From: an uncultured Thermoflexus sp.
GTDB taxonomy: Bacteria; Chloroflexota; UBA11872; UBA12225
DNA length: 64,000 bases
Assembly: GCA_964343985.1 (NCBI GenBank)
Contig: CAYFLJ010000001.1
Coordinates: 9,929-73,928, forward strand
Direction of reading: 5' to 3'
Below, in pieces: positions 12,488-20,486 of the stretch; the first letter of the stretch is position 1, and each line of letters starts with the position of its first letter. The notes beneath the pieces are model-generated. The model saw only the letters and a program-made list of their open reading frames with translations, did not search any database and was not told where the DNA came from. The position numbers and the translations under genes were made by a program.

Positions 12488-13489
12488 GTGTTCGGCCGCC
12501 AGTTGGGCATCGACCTCGGGACTGCGAACGTCCTCGTTTTCGTTCGTGGCCAAGGCATCGTGATCAAAGAACCGTCAGTCGTCGCGATTTCGACGGTTGA
12601 CAATCGGATTGAGGCCGTTGGCGACGCGGCCAATCAGATGCTCGGTCGGACACCCGGCACCATCCAAGTGATTCGGCCAATGCGGTCGGGTGTGATCGCG
12701 GACTATGTAGTGACCGAGGCGATGCTTCGCTACTTCATCCACCGCGTCTGTGGGCGGGTGCGATTGTGGAAGCCGGAGGTGATGGTCTCGGTACCGTGCG
12801 GCGTCACGAGTGTTGAACGGCGCGCCGTGACGGACGCGGCGTACTCGGCAGGGGCGCGCGAGGTGTATTTGATCGAGGAACCGCTCGCGGCGGCCATTGG
12901 TGCGAATGTTCCGATCAATTACCCGTCCGGGAACATGATCGTGAATATCGGCGGTGGGACGACCGAGGTTGCGGTGATCAGTCTGAACGGCATCGTGGTG
13001 CAACGATCCGAACGGGTTGGGGGGAATCGGATCGACGAGGCAATCGCGGCGTACATCCGTCGCCGCCATAACCTCAATATTGGCGATCACATGGCCGAAG
13101 AAGTCAAGATTGAGGTCGGTTCCGCGTTGCCGCTTGAGACAACGTTGCGTACCGAGGTCCGTGGTCGCGACCAAATATTGGGGCTTCCGAAGACCGTCAC
13201 GGTGACATCAGACGAGATTACCGAAGCAATTGCCGAGCCGCTTGAGCAGATCGTCAACACTGTCAAGTTTGTCCTTGAGCGAACGCCACCTGAACTATCC
13301 TCGGACATCCTTGATAAGGGATTAGTGATGACGGGTGGCACGTCAATGCTGCGACATTTGGACCGGCTCTTGGCAGACGTGACGGGTATCCCGTGCCATG
13401 TGGCGGAACGCCCACTGGAATGTGTCGCGCTTGGCACAGGCCTCGCCCTCGAGAACCTGCACCTGTTGAAGCGATCGCTCGGCCGGTAA
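12488..13489 (+). CDS. mreB: Rod-shape-determining actin homologue MreB/Mbl
   Basis: MFGRQLGIDLGTANVLVFV...NIGGGTTEVAVISL...MTGGTSMLRHLDRLL, the actin/Hsp70-fold MreB signature. Confidence 0.95.
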   Translation: MFGRQLGIDLGTANVLVFVRGQGIVIKEPSVVAISTVDNRIEAVGDAANQMLGRTPGTIQVIRPMRSGVIADYVVTEAMLRYFIHRVCGRVRLWKPEVMVSVPCGVTSVERRAVTDAAYSAGAREVYLIEEPLAAAIGANVPINYPSGNMIVNIGGGTTEVAVISLNGIVVQRSERVGGNRIDEAIAAYIRRRHNLNIGDHMAEEVKIEVGSALPLETTLRTEVRGRDQILGLPKTVTVTSDEITEAIAEPLEQIVNTVKFVLERTPPELSSDILDKGLVMTGGTSMLRHLDRLLADVTGIPCHVAERPLECVALGTGLALENLHLLKRSLGR

Positions 13490-13494
13490 CCCAA

Positions 13495-14094
13495 TCACGT
13501 ATTTGGCGGGTTATCTGGAACTCCGGGGTGCGCAAGGTTGCCGCTTGGTGAAGCACTCCACGTTCGTACGGCCGCCACGAGGAACGAGACGGCAGCAATC
13601 GCGGCGACCGCCGTTCCGGGCCATGAAAAGGTAAGGGTGAGTGGAATCGCAATGGCCGCGACCACGGTAGCGCCCATCATCACGGGGATGTGACCGAGAC
13701 GAAGCCACGCACCATACGCCAGCGCGTGACGCGCAACTTGGGTAACCGACAGCGACGTGACTGCCGCGGCGACCGCCCCGAGCGTCGCCACGATGGCCGG
13801 GTCTGCGTCGCTTCCGACGCCGACAACCGCGCCTGATGCGCCCGAGGCGGTCGCGACTGCGAGGCTTGCCCACCTCATCACGAAGAATCGGTGGCGCAAC
13901 TTCCCCAACGTTAAGTCAACGGCGGCGAGAAGGGCGGCGACGGCGATTGCCGCACGCCACGCGTTCGGTTCGACACCGGCGAACGGCCCCGTTAATTGCA
14001 CGCGCGACGAAGTGCCGGCGAGGGCGGCGACGACAAGTGTCGCGACGTACGGGTTCAATCCGGCCGCGAGTGCGATTGTCGTTCCCAAAAACAT
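13495..14094 (-). CDS. Hypothetical polytopic Ala/Gly-rich integral membrane protein
   Basis: 199 aa, 5-6 hydrophobic segments; no recognisable catalytic motif. Confidence 0.5.
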   Translation of the reverse strand: MFLGTTIALAAGLNPYVATLVVAALAGTSSRVQLTGPFAGVEPNAWRAAIAVAALLAAVDLTLGKLRHRFFVMRWASLAVATASGASGAVVGVGSDADPAIVATLGAVAAAVTSLSVTQVARHALAYGAWLRLGHIPVMMGATVVAAIAIPLTLTFSWPGTAVAAIAAVSFLVAAVRTWSASPSGNLAHPGVPDNPPNT

Positions 14095-14470
14095 GATGGG
14101 TGACCTCTCTCCGGCCGGATACTCAGGTCGCGGCCTCTACTGCTGCGTTAGCCCGTGGGCGATGCTACACTCGCCGCGCGGCGGATCCGGCGGGGGAATG
14201 CCGGTTCAACGCAGGGGGAAGATGGGGGAGACCTACAAGGCGCCGACATGGCGCGCGTGCCACACGACGTTCACTCTGAAGCAGACAAGCTTCTGGAGTT
14301 TTGTCGCAAGCCGCATGAAACACCGGTGTCGCGCGGCAGATGGCCGAAGAGTTCAGGTGACGCCGGACGGATTCGTCGTCGAACAGTCCCACCGCGTGCG
14401 CGGCGCGTTGGTTGCCGATGAGGCAACGCCGCCCCATCCGGATTGGGCCAACTTGGTGTGAGGAAACGGC

Positions 14471-15583
14471 ATGGCAAGCGTAACCCTCGAACATGTCACA
14501 AAGCGCTTTGGCGAAGTGACGGCGGTCCGTGACGTCAACATTGAGGTCAAGGACAAGGAGTTCCTCGTTCTCGTCGGCCCGTCTGGATGCGGCAAATCGA
14601 CCACGTTGCGCATGATTGCCGGGCTTGAGGAGATCAGTGAGGGCGCGGTCTACATCGGTGATCGCCTCGTCAACGACGTGGCGCCGAAAGATCGCGACAT
14701 CGCGATGGTGTTCCAGTCGTACGCCCTCTACCCGCACATGAGCGTGTATGACAATCTTGCGTTCGGACTGAAGTTGCGTCGTACGCCGAAGAAGGAGATT
14801 GACCGGCGCGTCCAAGATGCGGCCGAACTCCTTGGTCTCGCTGACCTGCTTCAACGGAAGCCAAAGCAACTTTCTGGTGGACAACGCCAGCGTGTTGCGC
14901 TCGGACGTGCCATTGTGCGCGAACCGAAGGTCTTCCTCATGGACGAACCGCTGTCGAATCTGGACGCAAAGTTGCGCGTCCAGATGCGTGCGGAGCTCAT
15001 CCGCCTGCATCAGCGTTTGCAGACGACGGTGATCTACGTCACGCACGACCAAGTCGAAGCGATGACGATGGGGAGCCGAATTGCGGTGCTTCGCGACGGT
15101 GTCCTGCAGCAGATTGACTCGCCACAGGTTCTTTACGATCATCCTAAGAACATGTTTGTCGCGGGCTTCATCGGCAGTCCGTCGATGAATTTCATCGATG
15201 CGAAGCTTGAAGGCGACATGAATGACATGTGGGTGAACTGCGGGGCGTTCCGTGTGCAAGTCCCGACTGGCCTTCGTGACAAGCTTGCGCCACTCGTCGC
15301 TAAGGCGAACCGTGAGTGCTTCTTCGGTATCCGGCCCGAGGACCTTTACGAGCCGAAGTACGCCCCACCGGAGGTTGATCAGTCAGCGCGCATGCGCGCA
15401 CGCGTCGACGTCACTGAGCCCCTTGGCGCAGAAATTTACCTCTATCTCCTCGCTGGAGAAAAGATGTTGGTCGCGCGCGTGGATCCGCGGACCCGTGCCG
15501 ACGTTGGCGACGAGGTCGAGATGGTCATCGACATGAGCAAGATGCACATTTTTGACCGCGACACGCAGGAGGCGTATCTCTAG
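14471..15583 (+). CDS. Sugar ABC transporter ATP-binding protein (MalK/UgpC/MsiK family), encoded without adjacent permease or substrate-binding-protein genes
   Basis: Walker A GPSGCGKST, Q-loop, signature LSGGQRQRVALGRA, Walker B VFLMDEPLSNLD, plus a C-terminal MalK-type regulatory (TOBE) domain; RBS GGAAACGG upstream. Confidence 0.93.
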   Translation: MASVTLEHVTKRFGEVTAVRDVNIEVKDKEFLVLVGPSGCGKSTTLRMIAGLEEISEGAVYIGDRLVNDVAPKDRDIAMVFQSYALYPHMSVYDNLAFGLKLRRTPKKEIDRRVQDAAELLGLADLLQRKPKQLSGGQRQRVALGRAIVREPKVFLMDEPLSNLDAKLRVQMRAELIRLHQRLQTTVIYVTHDQVEAMTMGSRIAVLRDGVLQQIDSPQVLYDHPKNMFVAGFIGSPSMNFIDAKLEGDMNDMWVNCGAFRVQVPTGLRDKLAPLVAKANRECFFGIRPEDLYEPKYAPPEVDQSARMRARVDVTEPLGAEIYLYLLAGEKMLVARVDPRTRADVGDEVEMVIDMSKMHIFDRDTQEAYL

Positions 15584-15595
15584 AGAACAAGCCGG

Positions 15596-16069
15596 TCAGG
15601 CCCGGTGGGGGCGAAAGCGCAGCCACCGGGCGATGATCGATGTCGCGCCGATACCGATGCCGAGACCGAGTGCGCCCCAAAAGCCAACGATGGCCCGAAC
15701 GTTTCCACTGACGCGCGGCGAAAGTACGGCGACTGCGTAAATGGTGCCCGCATTCACAACACCGCCAATCATCCATTGGGTTACGACCGTCTTGGCTTCG
15801 AGTTTGGCAGTGAATGCGGCGCCGATACTTGACCAGTTGGTCTCCAGACTCCGAACAGCCGCGGCGCCCACGGCGCTAAATTGGAGTCCGGCGCGCTTAG
15901 CTGAGAGTCTGGCAATGGCGCTTCGATTGAGTGTCGCCACCGACGCTTCCAAACTTTGGAGCGCCACATCCCGAAGGTCGATGCTTGTCCCGGGTGGTGC
16001 AGTCAGGCGATACGACTCGGCGGGGGCCACGATTGTCGCGCCAGGGTCAATCTCTCGGGTGTCAGCCAT
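15596..16069 (-). CDS. Hypothetical protein with C-terminal membrane anchor
   Basis: Internal ATG (MADTREIDPG...) preceded by GAGGGA; C-terminal hydrophobic segment LGLGIGIGATSIIARWL; the upstream part of the track ORF 15596..16318 is a compositionally biased read-through. Confidence 0.45.
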   Translation of the reverse strand: MADTREIDPGATIVAPAESYRLTAPPGTSIDLRDVALQSLEASVATLNRSAIARLSAKRAGLQFSAVGAAAVRSLETNWSSIGAAFTAKLEAKTVVTQWMIGGVVNAGTIYAVAVLSPRVSGNVRAIVGFWGALGLGIGIGATSIIARWLRFRPHRA

Positions 16070-16152
16070 GGCGTAGTCCCTCAGTTGGAGGATTTCACTC
16101 GCAGTCGTTGTGAAGGAGAGTCTACGTTTCGTCGGAATGATGGGCCGACGAG

Positions 16153-16797
16153 GTGGTTGGGGAGGTGTGGATGATCGAGCTCGAAGCTGGCGGTCGCCGA
16201 GTTCATGTGCCGGTCGCGGCGCACGCGTGCCAGTTGTCGACGACGCCGTCTGAAGCCGATCACACGGCGCGCGCCTTTTTGCGAGACGGCCTCCGGGCTG
16301 GCGAACGCTGCGTCGCACTGCTTCCGCGCGCGGCGGCCGACGATCAGTGTGCGAACTTAATTTCCGACGGCATTGACTTGGATGAGGCGATCCACACTCA
16401 TCAGTTGGTTGTCGATATGGAGCTTGATCAACGCCCGTCGGTGGGTTCCTTTGATCCCTACGGACTCGCGGCGCGGCATCTCACTGACCTTGCGTGGTCC
16501 AAACTCGCCGGGGTCACTCGCTTACGCATCCTTGTAGACATGCACTGGTACGCCGGACCGGCGAGTGCAGCGGCACTTTTGCGCTACGAGGCAACGTGCC
16601 ACGCAGTGATGCGCCAACACGCTGGTCGGGTAGTAGTGCTCGCCCAATACCGGTACGGCGAACTTCCTAGCGACGCGGTCATCGACCTGCTGCGGCTGCA
16701 TCCGACGACCGTCGTCGCACACTACATCCGACGCAACCCGAATCCGGCGGATCCGGTGACCTTCATGGCGAGAATGCTTAACCGCGCGTCGGCATAG
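16153..16797 (+). CDS. MEDS-domain (DcmR-like sensory domain) protein, stand-alone
   Basis: Conserved spacing of the MEDS motifs: H-x-C near the N-terminus, FDPYG, LRILVDMHWY, RYEATC, LAQYRYGE, LRLHPTTVV. Confidence 0.55.
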   Translation: MVGEVWMIELEAGGRRVHVPVAAHACQLSTTPSEADHTARAFLRDGLRAGERCVALLPRAAADDQCANLISDGIDLDEAIHTHQLVVDMELDQRPSVGSFDPYGLAARHLTDLAWSKLAGVTRLRILVDMHWYAGPASAAALLRYEATCHAVMRQHAGRVVVLAQYRYGELPSDAVIDLLRLHPTTVVAHYIRRNPNPADPVTFMARMLNRASA

Positions 16798-16820
16798 CGT
16801 TTCCACTCCGTTTGTCAGTG

Positions 16821-18260
16821 TCAAGCGAACCGTTCAGTGCGGCGCCAAGAGTCCGTCGCGGCGGCCATAACGGATTGGAGCGAAACGTCGGCCTTTGCCG
16901 CGGCGATGCGGCAGTCTTCGAATTCTGGTGCGACGCCGCGTACCTGCGATCCGTGGAACGCGACCTTCACCCGTATCGGACCATAAGCGGTTTGGACGAC
17001 ATCCGAGCGGCGCGGAAGCATGAGACGCCGAGTGGTGCGGACTCGCACGCCGAGCGTCGTGGTCTCTCGGAAGAGCGTCGCAACCGCGGAATCGGCGAGG
17101 TCCGGGCGCACCATGACACTGACGATGGTCGCCGGTCGGCCCTTCTTCATGGTGGCGGGCGCCATGGTGACGTCAAGGGCACCTTTCGCCATGAGGGTGT
17201 CAGAGAGATAGCCGAACCATTCGCCGCTCATGTTGTCGACATTGGTCTCAATTTGCACGACCTCGTCCTCAAGGTACTGAGAGCCGGGCAGTGAGCTGAC
17301 GTCTCGAAGTCCCCCGGACGGCTGGATGGGCCCGTCAGTGTCTTCGGGGCGCCCATCGTGAGCGTGGGTGTGTCCGTCGTGAGCGTGGGTGTGTCCGTCG
17401 TGAGCGTGGGTGTGTCCGTCGTGATCGTGGGCGTGCCCGTGGCCGTGATCGGCGCCTTCGACCATATTTGCCGTAAGGGCGGCTCGTATGCGTCCAATCG
17501 GATCGGGGCCGGCGAGGGCGGGTCCGATCGACACGCGCAGCACATTTGGGATCTGGAAGTCTTTTTGGCCGGCGCCGTAGCCGATCCGTTCGACGGTCAT
17601 CGGCGGGAATGGGCCGGCACTCGTTGAGAGGCAACCAAGGATAAGCGCGCCGGTTGGCGTCAAGAACTCTGGACCGTACGTCGACGAGTACATCGGAACG
17701 CCCCGCCGTCGGAGCAGTTCAAGCGTAGCTGGACCCGGTACGGGCAAGATGCCGTCGCGCGTATCAACGAGTCCACCGCCGACATTAACGGGTGAAACGC
17801 GGACGACGGTGACCCCGAGTGCCTCAAGCCCGGCGACGGCGCCAACGATGTCGAGGATTGAGTCGACGGCACCTACCTCGTGAAAGTGCACATTGTCGGG
17901 TTCGTCGGCGTGTTGCAGGGCCTCGACATTCGCCAACTCCCGGAAGAGCCCGATGGCTTGCGCTTTCACCGACGCAGAGAGTCGGCTTGCCTCGATGATC
18001 GGGATGATCTCAAGGACTGAGCGTTCAGGCTGCGGAGTGGTCACACGTATCGTGACCTTTGTTGAGCGAAGCGCACCTTTTTTTGTCGGAGTGACGCTCA
18101 ATTCCCACCCGTCGAGACCCATAGCTTCGAGGGTGGCCCGGAGCGACTCGATTGGCCAACCGGCATCGACGAGAGCGCCGAGGATCATGTCGCCGCTCGC
18201 CCCCGAGAAGCATTCGAAGTACGCGATGATCGGGACTGACGGCGTACGAGTGTCGGGCAT
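16821..18260 (-). CDS. larC: LarC family nickel-insertion protein (pyridinium-3,5-bisthiocarboxylate mononucleotide nickel chelatase; DUF111), unsplit, with an internal His-rich repeat segment
   Basis: N-terminus MPDTRTPSVPIIAYFECFSGASGDMILGALVDAG (LarC/DUF111 signature); RBS GGAGG; His-rich HGHGHAHDHDGHTHAHDGHTHAHDGHTHAHDG; C-terminal LarC2-like domain. Confidence 0.85.
   Translation of the reverse strand: MPDTRTPSVPIIAYFECFSGASGDMILGALVDAGWPIESLRATLEAMGLDGWELSVTPTKKGALRSTKVTIRVTTPQPERSVLEIIPIIEASRLSASVKAQAIGLFRELANVEALQHADEPDNVHFHEVGAVDSILDIVGAVAGLEALGVTVVRVSPVNVGGGLVDTRDGILPVPGPATLELLRRRGVPMYSSTYGPEFLTPTGALILGCLSTSAGPFPPMTVERIGYGAGQKDFQIPNVLRVSIGPALAGPDPIGRIRAALTANMVEGADHGHGHAHDHDGHTHAHDGHTHAHDGHTHAHDGRPEDTDGPIQPSGGLRDVSSLPGSQYLEDEVVQIETNVDNMSGEWFGYLSDTLMAKGALDVTMAPATMKKGRPATIVSVMVRPDLADSAVATLFRETTTLGVRVRTTRRLMLPRRSDVVQTAYGPIRVKVAFHGSQVRGVAPEFEDCRIAAAKADVSLQSVMAAATDSWRRTERFA
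17358..17441. repeat. 21-nt tandem repeat (3 perfect copies of GTGAGCGTGGGTGTGTCCGTC plus one degenerate copy) inside larC, encoding (DGHTHAH)n
   Basis: Direct reading of the sequence at 17358-17441. Confidence 0.9.
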
Positions 18261-18295
18261 CGATTTGCCTCCGAGGTCTTTGGTGTTGAATGAAC

Positions 18296-19051
18296 TCATT
18301 CGCGCGCGGTACGGCGGGCGATTGTGCCGGCCAAATATCCCGCGCCGAACCCGTTGTCGATGTTTACGACCGACACACCGGGCGAACACGCGGTTAGCAT
18401 GCCGAGCAGTGGGGCGACCCCGCCGAAGGCCGCTCCGTACCCAACACTTGTCGGGACGGCGATGACCGGGCAGGCGACGAGGCCCGCGACCACGCTTGGA
18501 AGCGCGCCTTCCATGCCGGCGACCGCGACAATTACATCCGCATCATCGAACCGACCGGCGTTCGCGAGCAATCGATGGATGCCCGCGACGCCGACATCCC
18601 AAAGGCGTTCGACGGTGACTCCAGTTAATTCGGCGGTGAGCGACGCTTCCTCAGCGACGGGGATGTCGGTTGTGCCTCCAGTGGCGACGACCACGCGTCC
18701 TGGCACCGGCTTGATTGGGTACGGAATGGCAATCACGCACCGCGCTACCTCGTGATAGGTGGCAGTCGGTAGGTGTTCGGCGACGGTTTTTGCCGCGTCT
18801 GGACCGCAGCGGGTCGCGAGGACTGGACTGCCGCCTTCGTAGAGGGCGACGGCGATGGCGGCGACTTGTGCAGGCGTCTTTCCCTCGGCGTAGATGACTT
18901 CAGGGAAGCCTCGCCGGATTGCGCGATGGCGGTCGACCCGCGCGAAGCCGAGGTTAGCCGTGGAGAGTTTGAGTCGCCGGACTGCGTCGCCCACTTGGAC
19001 GGTACCTTGGGCGACAGCTTCGAGGAGTGTGCGCACGTCGCGTTCGTCCAT
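18296..19051 (-). CDS. larB: LarB (pyridinium-3,5-biscarboxylic acid mononucleotide synthase; PurE/NCAIR-mutase-like carboxylase)
   Basis: PurE-like fold with the LarB-specific N-terminal extension; motifs VVVATGGTTDIPVAEEA and GMEGALPSVVAGL; immediately upstream of larC on the same strand. Confidence 0.8.
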   Translation of the reverse strand: MDERDVRTLLEAVAQGTVQVGDAVRRLKLSTANLGFARVDRHRAIRRGFPEVIYAEGKTPAQVAAIAVALYEGGSPVLATRCGPDAAKTVAEHLPTATYHEVARCVIAIPYPIKPVPGRVVVATGGTTDIPVAEEASLTAELTGVTVERLWDVGVAGIHRLLANAGRFDDADVIVAVAGMEGALPSVVAGLVACPVIAVPTSVGYGAAFGGVAPLLGMLTACSPGVSVVNIDNGFGAGYLAGTIARRTARE

Positions 19052-19283
19052 GGCGACTGATTGTCCTTGGCCTCAACGCCTGCAGGCGGGTCGGCGGTAG
19101 ATGCGTTCGGAATCGTTCGGGGGGTGTCGTTCAGACGGTGTCGGAGGGTGACTTGCCCGCGATTGACGTGGCTATATTGTGAAGCCATGGGGGCGTGGAT
19201 GGCGTCCTGACGCTTGTGGCCTTTGAAGGGTGGGCGACTCGCGGCCGGTCGGATATCTGGGCCGTGATTGTTGAGGTAAGTGC

Positions 19284-20486
19284 TTGGCCGAACCTGTCGC
19301 ACCCGCCGCTTCGCGGCCAATCGTGTGCTTTTCTCATCTTCGCTGGGATTTCGTTTGGCAACGCCCGCAACAGTTGATGTCTCGATTCGCACAAGATCGA
19401 CGGGTCTACTTTGTGGAGGAACCAGTCTTTGAACCCGACGCCGGTGTAGCACCGGAAGGGGCTTCGCTCCGGCTCGACCGAACTCCGGTGGGCGCGCCAC
19501 CGGCGACGTCTTCAACGGGCGTGACGGTCGTACGACCGGTTTGTCGCGACCCCGGTCCGGGAGGTGGGCTTGCGCTTGACCGAACCTACGAGCGATTGAT
19601 CGCCAATTTACTCGCGGACGAGGGGATACGGGAGAGCGATGCCACGGCCTGGTTCTACACGCCGATGCTGCTTCCGGCAATTGGCGGGTTGCGTGCCATC
19701 CCGGTCGTCTATGACGCGATGGACGAATTGACCTTGTTTCGTTTCGCCCCTCAGGGGTTGGCTGAGCGAGAGGGGCAGCTCTTGTCGCGAGCGGTCATCA
19801 CGTTCGCTGGAGGCGCGAGTCTGGGAGAGGCTAAGGCTCGACGTCATCCACGCGTGCGAACCTTCCCAAGCGGTGTGGACGTCGATCACTATCGGCAGGC
19901 ACAAGATCCATCGTTGCCGTGCCCGGAAGACCTATCGCGGCTACCGGAGCCGCGCATTGGCTACGTCGGGGTGATCGATGAGCGAATCGACTACGAGTTG
20001 CTGCGCCAAGCGGCTGCGATGCGACCGGACGTGTCATGGGTGATGATCGGGCCGGTGGTGAAAGTAGCACCGGACGAGTTGCCGGTAGCGCCAAACCTCG
20101 CGTACCTCGGGCAAAAGACGTATGCCTCACTCCCGTCGTATTTGCGCGGACTGTCGATTTGCATGATGCCGTTCGCGTTGAACGACTCGACGAGGTTTAT
20201 TTCGCCGACGAAGACGCTCGAGTACATGGCGGCGCACCTACCAGTCGTCTCAACGCCGGTGACCGATGTCGTCCGCCTCTATGGTGATGTCGTGCGCATT
20301 GGGTCAGATGCCGAATCCTTTGTGGCACATGTTGACGATGCGCTCGCAGAGTCGCCTCAAGCGCGTCGCATTCGAGCAGCACTCGAAGGGTCTCACCTCG
20401 CGAGGAATGCTTGGGATGCCATTGCGAACGCAATGGATGCAGAGATGCGCGAGGCGATCGGCGTGACTCTCAGGGGCAGTGCGTGA
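19284..20486 (+). CDS. Glycosyltransferase (GT-B, GT4-like) co-transcribed with glf; putative galactofuranosyltransferase
   Basis: N-terminal FSHLRWDFVWQRPQQLMSRFA motif, seen in GT1/4-like enzymes often linked to glf; stop overlaps the glf start (GTGA). Confidence 0.6.
   Translation: MAEPVAPAASRPIVCFSHLRWDFVWQRPQQLMSRFAQDRRVYFVEEPVFEPDAGVAPEGASLRLDRTPVGAPPATSSTGVTVVRPVCRDPGPGGGLALDRTYERLIANLLADEGIRESDATAWFYTPMLLPAIGGLRAIPVVYDAMDELTLFRFAPQGLAEREGQLLSRAVITFAGGASLGEAKARRHPRVRTFPSGVDVDHYRQAQDPSLPCPEDLSRLPEPRIGYVGVIDERIDYELLRQAAAMRPDVSWVMIGPVVKVAPDELPVAPNLAYLGQKTYASLPSYLRGLSICMMPFALNDSTRFISPTKTLEYMAAHLPVVSTPVTDVVRLYGDVVRIGSDAESFVAHVDDALAESPQARRIRAALEGSHLARNAWDAIANAMDAEMREAIGVTLRGSA

Noticed and set aside
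13757-14461. 234-aa plus-strand ORF spanning the membrane-protein gene and the msiK leader
   Set aside because: Mostly antisense to the hydrophobic minus-strand CDS; Arg/Ala-rich, no RBS or motif. The 3' part in the 14095-14470 leader is not convincingly coding.
14165-15259. 364-aa minus-strand ORF antisense to the ABC ATPase gene
   Set aside because: Fully overlaps a strongly supported CDS (Walker A/B, signature motif) on the other strand. It is Arg-rich with no motifs, the typical spurious long ORF of a high-GC genome.
16070-16318. N-terminal 83 codons of the 240-aa minus ORF 15596..16318
   Set aside because: Low-complexity Arg/Pro-rich sequence that overlaps the divergent MEDS gene start. 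A plausible RBS+ATG occurs at 16069.
17335-17634. His/Arg-rich small ORFs and tandem repeats that could be mistaken for a CRISPR array or contamination
   Set aside because: The repeats are 21 nt, contiguous without spacers, in frame within larC, and encode the known His-rich metal-binding loop. This is not CRISPR.
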